NCBI GenBank assembly: GCA_002633005.1
Contig: NMRA01000076.1
Coordinates: 62,001 to 126,000 of the forward strand
DNA: 64,000 nt
Origin: Phoronis australis
Taxonomy: Eukaryota; Animalia; Phoronida
Direction of reading: 5' to 3'
Shown here: positions 25,401 to 36,500 of the stretch, one piece after another
How positions within the stretch are numbered: position 1 is the stretch's first letter
How the letters are laid out: each line of letters begins with the position of its first letter
The notes under the pieces: generated by a model
Told to the model about the DNA's origin: nothing
Seen by the model: the letters and a program-made list of their open reading frames with translations, nothing else
The model's database searches: none
Program-made: the position numbers and the translations under genes

Positions 25401-27410
25401 CATTAGCGAGGAGTAGACCAGAGACTGATTTTTGTTCACTCAATGACAAGGTGTTCTAGACATTTCCCGAATGTTTTTTAGTTTAAATCATTTACGGTTA
25501 CAACACTGATTCCAAGTTGTTTCTTTTTCAGATTCGAGTGATTTCTGTTTGGTTGAAACCATGCTCAATAACCTGGCTCGTCTCGGCGGTCTCCAGCAAT
25601 AAAGAGATGCCAGTTTTTCCAAATATAAGAGGAAGTTTAAGATCAGTTTTGTGGTCGCTAGTCTAAATCACGTATTTGGTTTCTATAACGGAAGGCCGAG
25701 TGATGGCAGTGTTGAAACACAGAATTGTAACTCGTGCGTGTCGCAAGAATTCCAAAGCGTCGCTACGCACTTCGCGCAAGTTATTCCGTAAGTGGTGTAA
25801 GTTCTGCAAAGAAGTTGGGGTTACTTTTATCGCTAATATCGTCAGAACACGTGTTGCCACCCGGTGTCAGTGTCTTGAAGAGTCCAGCCAACCTTTCACC
25901 AAAGCCAACAGTTTTCTTTTTGCTTTGTGGCTTTAGCTTTTAGTCTGCAATTGAGCAGGCTACGGTTTTCTGTCAAAATACAATGTACTCAAGAAATAGC
26001 CACCAGAAATGGGCAAAATAGAAATATGGCGTATGGGCATGAAGTATAGCATAAATCTAATAACAACATTTGCGAACAACTAAAAATATAAGAATACTTG
26101 AAAAACACTTTCTTTCAAGTCATTCACAATTCTTTGAAAATAGGGAAATAACTAAAGCGATTTGCATACCATATCATAATCCATTGCTGCAACATAACAG
26201 ACAACTAACATGCAAAAATAGAACTGAGTATGCCTAGTAACCAAATTACCATTTGAAAATATAAATAAAGGATAAAGTGCATATTTAGTTGAAATTTGAT
26301 TTTGGTAGTGTCAATATCAGAGAATGTCGTTTGTAGTTCAAGATGTCTATTCAGTACTTTGAACAGACTAACTCTCTATTCCACAATTAACGTAGTTTTC
26401 AAAACAGTAGAAGGCCCCATCAGCAGTTTACGGATCTATTTAAAATTTGAGCCTGCATTTATTTCATTTCGTGTTATCCTGGGAAGAGAAATTTTGTTTA
26501 ACTTGGGAATTGACAGGGCTACATCTGAATCAGAAAATTGTTTAAAGTTATTTTTCAACTTAATACATTCGATTTACTATTTATATATTGTCAAGGTTTG
26601 CCCATAGACAAAAGAATGTAGAATTAACATTTGAATTGATTTTATGAATGAAGATAGATCACTGGGTTTTTTACCCGTTACGCTACTGATTTCCAAACGA
26701 TCGTTGAAACAGAGACATCTAGTGTTCAAAAACTAAGCTAGTTTTGTACTTCTCTGCATGCTCAGTGGGACTCCGATTCCACGCAGCCAACAGTCTATTT
26801 ATATTCAAACAATGTTTGTAAGACACCTTAGGGGTAATCGGAATCTTTTCTAGTGACGTAACAAAGAACCCGGATTGGCAAAGAAGTCGGTAAGGTACCA
26901 ATTACGTAATGACACACCCTGCTGCCGGCTGCCAATGAAAAAGATGCGACCAACGCATGAGCGATATACACGTAAAGAATATACGGAGGCTCCTTTAAAA
27001 TGGAAATGTACAGGGTAAGCGATTTCAATCTTTTATTCATCCCGATATCTTTAATTGTCTGTTACAGAAGTTTTTGTAAGCGTTGTTGGGCTCGCGCAAT
27101 TCCGTATGATCAAACTTGATAATTTATGTAAATGATCACACTTCAGCTATGATAAAAATGGAAGCATTTTTTTTAATGTAAGATGTCCATGGTGACGTTA
27201 TGAACAATGGGTATGATTCGCTGAAACCCGTTGTCAGTTCAGTTGCAAGATCGTGACTGCCTTATTGTCTTACCCGCTTCGGTTTTCCCACGTCAGTGAG
27301 TGGGTGAATGATTTCATCGTCAGGTCATCTTCGATGAAGAATGTAGAGTAAATTAAACGTGGCATTACAAATCTTCTCGTAGATCGCGAGACTGCAAGGT
27401 GCTCATTTTT

Positions 27411-27539
27411 ATGTTCAATGTCCAGATCAGTGAAAAGACTACGAGGGAGGCTGCTCAAAGCCCGCCGGGTGTGAGAGAGAGAAGAGCGAGTGGTAGACTG
27501 AGCCCTGGCAAAGGCGTAGAACAAATTTCAGAGTTCGAG
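27411..27539 (+). CDS. SLC6 putative first coding exon
   Basis: Open frame [11 protein letters not shown]...EQISEFE|gttagt, phase-compatible with the next exon; the start site is uncertain (alternative acceptor tccag at 27425). Confidence 0.5.
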
Positions 27540-30500
27540 GTTAGTGTTGTAGTCAAGGGTTATTGTTGACTCATTATTGGCGTGGTCGAATCTTGGGGTG
27601 GGATTGTTGACATTTTGCGAAATAAGAAACCAGATGGATTGTCCCACTTCCCTTGGCGTCACGGCGATAGCCTGTCAATGCACAGCGTGAATCTGCCACG
27701 GAGAGCTGCGCGTCTCGAATGCAAATGAGCTCAGCTCATAGCTCAAGTCAGCTGTAAAATGGATTTGAGAGTATTTTGCTTTGAGAGGCATGGATGCGAA
27801 TGTCTCACTTCCTTTATCTGGTGAACGTAAATCCCCTATAACATGCGCGCGATGTGATCAAGTGCTTAGCTGATCGTCCTCGGTAGCTAGCCAATGAAAA
27901 TTGAACAGTGCACCACCTGACAACAACAAATCTCTCTTTCTAACCATGTATACCATAATTACACCGTTTACTACGAACGTCAACCAAACGGCAACAGGTC
28001 GTTGGGCATTTTGCTCGCTGTACGTTTAGGTAACGCACATCGAGCTATGAGCTGAGCAAAAAGTTTATTTGTGGACGGCAGCTCAGCTCGTGGTTATTTG
28101 TGTATTCTGGCACTAAGACTTCATGATGGTTTTAGACGTGCTTTTTGCTTGCACAGCAGTCGTGCACTGAAATCCTAAAGCTGTGGTTTCTAGTGAGAAA
28201 ACGAAACATTCATTATTAGACTGCAGTATGGCGTTACGAAGAAAACAAGTTTGACAGAAATTCTAATTTCTTAATTGAAATCAATACACTTTAATGAAGT
28301 TTATCAATAAAGCCAGCCAGACAAATGTTGTTTTGGGTTTAATTTATTTTGTGGTAGGTAGTCCAGCGGCGTTCCAAAAGAGGGCATTGGGGCTCTAAAT
28401 CCGAGTTCTTGCTGGCGTGCATCGGATGGTCAGTGGGAATAGGCAACGTGTGGCGGTTTCCTTATCTGGCGTATTCAAATGGAGGAGGTAAACTCTGGCG
28501 TCTCTTCATGAGAAGTAACTTAAGACTTAAAACAGGAATTTGGACTTACGCTCCCCACAACCATTTCTGAAAAATAATTAAACCCCACTTGAGCAAAACT
28601 TCAAAGTCTCTGCGAATATACTTGTAAGTGCTAGTTGGTGAGATAGTTTCTATAAATTATTTCAAGACTGTGATGCGCTCATAATTACTTCATTAAATCT
28701 TTATTCAACACTTGCGAAGTGGGAGTGTAAGACCAAATCGTTGTCTTAAGTCACTTCTCAGGAAAGAGGTCCCTGGGCTGACTTAAGACTGAAGATTTAA
28801 GACTTAAGACCTAAGACTTAAGGTAAAAAATTTGTCCAAGTTAAGACCGAAACTCGGGCTCACTTAAAACCGAAGACGACAATTCAGAAAAGATCGTTTC
28901 ATGAATATAAAGTCGGCGAGACAGTGACTAGTCTTGGTCTTGCAACTCCTTAATTACATTTTGGATACAATTAAGATCTCGCTTGCTTGAGAGGACCCTG
29001 GTATGGATGGGAAATATTATTTCTCATGTACCAGTAAGCCGCACTTCTATTGTCTCTACGGCATTCGCAAGTTCTTGAATCGAAAGCAGACGATCTTCAA
29101 GTTGAATTGTTTAGGGACATTAGATTCACTGGGTCTTCCCCAAATATCAGCATGAGTAACATTCCAAGCACGTGATTTCTCTAACTCGCCTTGAGAGTGT
29201 GTTGCGAGTTTTCGGAACGCAGGGCTGCCTTGACTACAGACAGATTTTTGTAGCAATCCCACACTTGTCCAATTTACGAGAACTGGGCTGCATTCCGCAG
29301 GGCTAGTGTCTTGCAGATTTAGCGAGATCACGTGAGCCTTCGCGAGATATCTGGGGATGTTCCAGATTTTCTGAAGGCTCTTTTGCATACAGAGTTGACG
29401 TACAAATGAGGCTATTGGGAATTCTTGAAAACATTGCAAGTCAAACGTAAACCTGTGTTAGGGAAGTTTTGCAAAATATGGATAGTATGTTGTGCAATTA
29501 GACGTTCTTGTATGTGTTAATTTCAACTTTACAGGTGCATTTTTAATTCCCTACTTGGTCATGCTTCTTCTTGCTGGGAAACCGATGTACTTCATGGAGC
29601 TAGTCTTTGGTCAGTTTGTTGGACTCGGGTCACTGACAGTGTGGAGCTGTGCCCCAATTGCGAAAGGTACAAGTTTTTAGCATCGCGTGTTCTGGTGATG
29701 CGTTTTCGCGGATGAGTGACAGCTGGTCTGCTGGAAACTAACTCCTTTTGTTACATTCCGGAAAAGTGAGTTGTTTCACTTGAATGTTGCCCCGTTCTAA
29801 TCATGGAGTAATACTTCATTACTTATGGCAACAAATGTCATCGGGCCTTTAGGAAAGGTGGTCGTTGCTAAGAGAAAACCTTCTTGGCGATAGGTAGTTA
29901 CATGTAGGCCTACACTGGCATTCAGTGACGTAGTGAGAGGTATTCGACACGAAGATGCGGAGTGGGTGATGCCCTCTGCCGTGAGAATATTGTTTGTTTG
30001 TAGAAATACAATTATTATGCACCCACAAAAATTGTGGTCGCATATAATCAGCACCTCAATCGCCCGTCTTCCTTCCTGTAACCTTCGTCCCGAGTCATGA
30101 CTTTGGCTTGTTCGTCGATTTTTTCATAAACAGGTTGAAGGATCTTGACGACATATAGCACAAAATTATATAATATGACGACGTTGGGCCGGCATCAGTC
30201 GTGGTACCCCTTTTTGGCCGTTCCTAAATTTCGACAAGAAATTCATTATCGGTTAGTTGTTGGTGAAACGACTTAACGAATTTGGAAGTGGCGCATGTTG
30301 AATTCCACAAAATAATTAAGTCTACTTTGTGAAGTTTCATAGTTGCTACACATATCTTCTTTTCTTTTCTTTTCAGGAGTTGGTTATGCCATGGTGACGC
30401 TGTCCCTCATTGTGGCAGTATATTACAATGTCATTATGAGCTACACTCTTTTCTATATGTTCGCATCGATGCAAGCGACTCTACCGTGGACTAAGTGTGG

Positions 30501-33500
30501 ACAGGTAATTCATAGCTAAGAAGAATATTCGTACTCGAACACAGGATCAAAAGGCGTGTAATTGGCTGCGTTTTATGAGCACGTCATTTTTGTTTCGAAT
30601 AATGTTGGGTTCGATGGCAGATGAAGTTCCACATGAAAAAAGTGAAGCCTGCCTTAAATTCTAGTTAATGTCAAGCTACACTGTAACAGTGCGATTGACA
30701 GATGTGAACACATTGGGGATTTTTTGTTTTTTCTAAAGATAATGAGAGTTTTGAAGCACCAATTTTTTTACCAATAAAATGAATGGAAATATGACAGTAG
30801 CTTGTGTATTTCGTGGCGTTTTGTTTACGCCAAAAAGTCCAGTGTGGAAACGAATTTGTTTTTTTTTAGACTCAAATAAACTGTTCTAGGAATGGAATAG
30901 TGTAAACTGCGTGGTTCGCCGACAGCCATTGCCGTCCTGTATATCCAATTGGACACTGGCCAATCCAGAAGAGGCTTGCATATGTCCGGTCAATGCCTCC
31001 ACACCGGCATTGCTGTTGTCGAACTGTTCCTGCACTGGAAACGCTTCTGTGGACACGTTCTATCTCAATTGCGTCAACACTTCATTGGCTGGCAAACCTG
31101 TGTCAGCAAGCGAAGAGTATTGGACGTGAGCTTGTTTCTCTTCGTTGATAACAGTATTGGGTGAAATGTTCATAATACCGGTACTTTGATTTGTGTCCAT
31201 CAATCATTTTGTTTGATTAGTAATTGAAAAGGTTCAACACTGGAGGGCAGTCACCCGTCCCTTTTCTTCTAGAACCCCAGTGTTTCAAAGTGTTTACTTT
31301 TATTTGCTTTTAGTCGATACGTACTGGATCTTTCACCCCGTATAGAGGATATTGGGGAACTTCGGTGGTCACTGACCCTGTGTCTTCTGCTTTCCTGGAT
31401 TGTTGTATTTCTGTGTCTCGTCAAAGGCGTTAGGTCTGCCGGAAAGGTAACGTATCGTATCAGTCGTTCAGTCCACGGAGTCCAATCTTTGTACTCGAAA
31501 TCGAATTCAAAACTATATGTTTTACAGTGTTCGTTCAACTTTCGTGTGAACTCAAGAAACGTGTCTCACCACCCTGTGCTCGAGTGTAAGCTAAATTTTC
31601 GAACCCTTACTCAAGTAACACTTGAGTCCTATAAAAAGTGGCTCTAATTTACCTAACCCTTTTATACGCTACCTGTCTTAATCATGTCATTTTTTTCTCA
31701 TTGTCATAAATACTCTCACTGTTTAGAGTCATTTCATCTCTCTTAGTTAAATTTTCACAATTGTTTGTCATTTATTTATTGTCTTAATTTTCAACCTGTT
31801 TTAATCGTATCTTTTTCACGTATATTTAATTGTTGTTTTATTACTTCATTGTATTGTATTACTGTTTTTGTTGTTGAGGGCCCTCCTGGAAAGCAGTCCT
31901 GTCACTGAAGAGGCCACCCTCATTTTAAATATCACAATAATTAAAAATAAATAAAATAAAATTTCTGAAACGAGGCCATTTTGTCAGATGTTTTTACCGA
32001 ACTAAATTACAGCCTGGCTTGTGGAGTACGATTCAGCACGTCCCGAAGGTAAATGGCACATAGTAATCCAGTGTTTCTTAATATACGAAGCTTTTGTCAA
32101 ATTAACCCTCAAATGTCAAAAAATAAGTGGAAGAGCGGTAAAACACACGGGTTGCATCAAAACACTGATAAGACAAAAGTTCACCGTCAGAGTCAAGAAT
32201 GTCACAATTTTATACACCCTTTTTGTACAAGACTGTAAAAAGTTAGATTGTTATCAATTAATGTAGTTGAATTATACAATACCTTAATCGTTCGTGAAAA
32301 AGTCCTCCAAACTAAAAAAAGAATTGTTCTCGTTCCATTTAGCTACGCATGGTGTTGCCTTCGTTTCCTCTTGCAGGTGGTCTACTTCACGGCTACGTTT
32401 CCTTACGTCATACTCCTTGTACTTCTTGTCCGCGGAGTCACGTTAGATGGCGCGCGGGAAGGAGTATTGTATTTTATTACACCCACTTGGGAGAAACTCC
32501 TGGATGTCAACGTAAGTATTGCAGCATTTTAAATGGTAATCTTTGAAATTAGTGTCATGCCGCTTTATACGTCAGGAGTCCTTGCAGTTAGCGTTTCTGA
32601 CTACTCTTCAGGCAATAACGTGGGAATTGATGTACCTCTGCTTAGTTTCTGTCGCCTCCTATTTTCAGTTGAGACGCGTTCATATCTGTCCTTAGATACT
32701 CTGAACATAAAAGTTAACAAAGAAAGTTTTTTTGGAGCACAAATACTCATCTTCGAGTCATTCTGAAGAAACTGCGGATTTTTCGTTGTTCTCGTGGGTT
32801 CTGTAGTAAATCATTAATCTTGAGATAACGAATTTACCCGCTCTATGCAAAGTACTATGTCACGTGTGTAAAATATTGTCTAAAGTTGTTGAACATGCCA
32901 CCTACTAGATACGTTAAAAGAAGAAAACAACTCTAAAATGGGTTGACTGCCTGTGCAAATGTGCCTGTTTAATTTTTGTTTTTTGTTTGTTGTACTCTGG
33001 GTCAGAGGCCTTTAATACAAATAAACGTAACTATGATGATGATAATGATGAGATAACGAAGCACGACTGACGTCATAGTTATTCAATTTCGTTGAATGAG
33101 GTCAGTAAAAGTTGTTGTCGGCTCTACAGGTTTGGAAAGATGCTGCCGGGCAAATGTTCTTCTCGCTAGGTGTCGCCTGGGGAGGACTAATTATGTTTGG
33201 CAGCTACAATAAGTTCAGCAATAATGTTTACAAGTAAGTTTACTCTGGTATTGTTAAATTTATGTCGGTGGCATGTCTAACTGGTTCATAGTTTGACGGT
33301 TAACGCATTGATGTAACGCCGAGTACAACACATTTTAACACTCGATACACCTAGCCTTCAATATCGGGGCTCGAATTCTTGACGTTGTGGAAGTTTTGGT
33401 AACAAGAACACGGGAGGACTAAAAAAAAAAACCGGGGCACCACTGTGAATTGCGCGTTTGTGCTTGTTTAATGCACTGTTGTCACATTTTCTCGGACCTT

Positions 33501-36500
33501 GTGTTTCTCGGAGGCGGACCTTTTTGGCCACTTCGCCAACTGGGGGAGCTCGCATGCGATAGAAAAAAGGGAAAGCCCCGTGTCATTTTAACGATGGTGC
33601 TCTACCAGAATTTGAAAAAGTAAGTAAAAAAATTCATGTTAAATTAACTTTATTTTGGACGTTACGTCGAAAGAGCATCATTTCTGAATAAGTATCGATT
33701 GAACTGGATCCCGATGGAATTCGTTTCGATAGTATGTCAATGACAATCCCTGGTTCCATCCTGGCGTTTCCATACATGTACACAGTGGCGGAGTTAAGGG
33801 AGCCATGCTCACCCTTNNNNNNNNNNNNNNNNNNNNNNNNNNNNNNNNNNNNNNNNNNNNNNNNNNNNNNNNNNNNNNNNNNNNNNNNNNNNNNNNNNNN
33901 NNNNNNNNNNNNNNNNNNNNNNNNNNNNNNNNNNNNNNNNNNNNNNNNNNNNNNNNNNNNNNNNNNNNNNNNNNNNNNNNNNNNNNNNNNNNNNNNNNNN
34001 NNNNNNNNNNNNNNNNNNNNNNNNNNNNNNNNNNNNNNNNNNNNNNNNNNNNNNNNNNNNNNNNNNNNNNNNNNNNNNNNNNNNNNNNNNNNNNNNNNNN
34101 NNNNNNNNNNNNNNNNNNNNNNNNNNNNNNNNNNNNNNNNNNNNNNNNNNNNNNNNNNNNNNNNNNNNNNNNNNNNNNNNNNNNNNNNNNNNNNNNNNNN
34201 NNNNNNNNNNNNNNNNNNNNNNNNNNNNNNNNNNNNNNNNNNNNNNNNNNNNNNNNNNNNNNNNNNNNNNNNNNNNNNNNNNNNNNNNNNNNNNNNNNNN
34301 NNNNNNNNNNNNNNNNNNNNNNNNNNNNNNNNNNNNNNNNNNNNNNNNNNNNNNNNNNNNNNNNNNNNNNNNNNNNNNNNNNNNNNNNNNNNNNNNNNNN
34401 NNNNNNNNNNNNNNNNNNNNNNNNNNNNNNNNNNNNNNNNNNNNNNNNNNNNNNNNNNNNNNNNNNNNNNNNNNNNNNNNNNNNNNNNNNNNNNNNNNNN
34501 NNNNNNNNNNNNNNNNNNNNNNNNNNNNNNNNNNNNNNNNNNNNNNNNNNNNNNNNNNNNNNNNNNNNNNNNNNNNNNNNNNNNNNNNNNNNNNNNNNNN
34601 NNNNNNTGTCTTCAGTTCTCAATAACAGCGGAAGATCGTCAGACTATCTTCGAGGATCTAGAATTGTAACCAGGTTAGTCCAATTAGGAGCTTTCCAACT
34701 GAGACTTGAGTTCCTTAGACGCAAGAATCTCGCAAAGCAAGCCAATGTAATTGCAACGTGCGTGTAATACATGGCGATATCTCGCGTGATTTTGCATTTG
34801 CTGTGTCAATTTCAGGTATCCATGATAGCAAGTAGCAACATATATTCAAGAAAACAACAGCGGTTTTAAGACTTGACATGTTTCGGTGTCATGTATTCAA
34901 CACCATCCTCAGAAGTGATAATACAGTGGCCACCTAGCTAGGCCCAGCAACAGGTAATGAAGCACAGATACAGTCAGTTACAGGGAGTGACAATGTTGGT
35001 CTAGTTCATTGTCACTCCCTGTAACTGACTGTATCTGTGCTTCATTACTTGTTGCTGGGCCTAGCTAGGTGGCCACTGTATTATCACTTCTGAGGATGGT
35101 GTTTAATAAATGACACCGAAACATGTCAAGTCTTAAAACCGTTGTTGTTCTCTTGAATTTCAGGTATAAAATTAAGGGAATATTTCAAGTTATTAACTCG
35201 CGTCATTCCAAAAACTCACGAAACTCCTGAACATTTCCAGGTCACGGGTTAGCATTCGTCGCCTACCCAGAAGCACTTGCACGACTTCCGGCACCTCAGA
35301 TGTGGTCAGTGTTGTTCTTTTTTATGCTGTTCATCCTTGGGTTAGACAGTGAGGTGAGACAGAATTACGTCGTTAAACGCGTTTAACAAATAAATTTACA
35401 TTGTAAAAAAGATTTGGTCATGAAAGTCGAGACACAAACCTTGGGTAAGATGTGTTTACCTACAAACGTGAAACACTAACAGAAACGACTTAGCACCTAC
35501 CTAAAAAATGCATCCTATCCAAGGTCAGTGCTTAGTGATCGATCCTAGATTTGAAACCGATAAATGTTATATGTATTTTCTAAATGTTCTCCTAATTGCT
35601 AAACATTCTCATTGAATACAAGTTGAATATGCATTTATTCACAATCATATTGCAATGATTACAAGACAAGTGGTTTCATCTACGTCGCTGCTGTCATTTT
35701 TCAAATGCATTGTGGGACGCTTTTATAGGGGAAATCCCATGGATTGCAGTGACTAAGACTGTTTATGACGACAACACGTGAGCACAAACAGTTTTGGGCG
35801 GAACCGTTCATTATATTATATTTCCTAGTGGTAAATTATTTTTTTAATCAACGTTCATGTACATCTTGGTTTAACAGTCTTCAAAACGTCTCCGCTTCAT
35901 AGATTGACGCAAGAACACGTAGTGGTACGTTTAGGGCTTACTCAGAGAATTTGTTTTTGTTGGATTTCTCGTTGCTTACACAGTTTGCACTGCTGGAAAA
36001 CGTACTGACGGCCATTTCGGATGAATACCCTAACAACTTTCGCGGTAAAAGGACGCTTTTGTGTGCCATCGCCTGCGTCGTGTGTTTTCTACTTGGACTT
36101 CCATGTATCACCAGGGTAAGCAATTTCTAACTTAGCACAAATTTGCTTACACATGTCTGCTGCGTGTTTTGGGTAAATAGAATCAAACATGCATTGTTTT
36201 TGTAAGGAAAATAAATCTGTATGATTCAACTGTTGACATTGCCACGATTTTGTACTCAATACCTAGTAATCAACGTGATTCGTTTTTTACGGTTCCCATC
36301 GATTCAACTTATATTTGGATAGTTTTCTAGTTGTTACTACTGTATATCCACTTCCATTGATAATAGTCAACATAGCAGCCTCATAGTTATTTTACCCTCT
36401 TTGTCTTTTCGTGTGTTCGTTATATTCTTGCTGGGTCTGATGTTGTTGCCAAATCTAATGACTCGCCTTTTCGGGTGTTAATGTTTGCATCATGTTATTG

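Larger units (their letters stand above)
34820..35155. mobile_element. Palindromic Penelope-like retroelement remnant (inverted terminal repeats) with a 12-bp TSD
   Basis: Arms 34844-34995 and 35007-35158 are near-perfect reverse complements; AATTTCAGGTAT occurs at 34808-34819 and 35156-35167. Confidence 0.75.

Noticed and set aside
19400-27400. Numerous 60-100 aa ORFs between the Tctex and SLC6 genes
   Set aside because: No domain signatures or consistent exon chain; likely intergenic sequence, old repeats or SLC6 5' non-coding region.
31876-31921. Permuted hammerhead (GAAA ... CTGAAGA)
   Set aside because: Helices I and III cannot form; better explained as a retroelement 3' stem-loop.
33678-34767. 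Three ~310-320 aa ORFs in the track
   Set aside because: Artefacts of translating the N gap.
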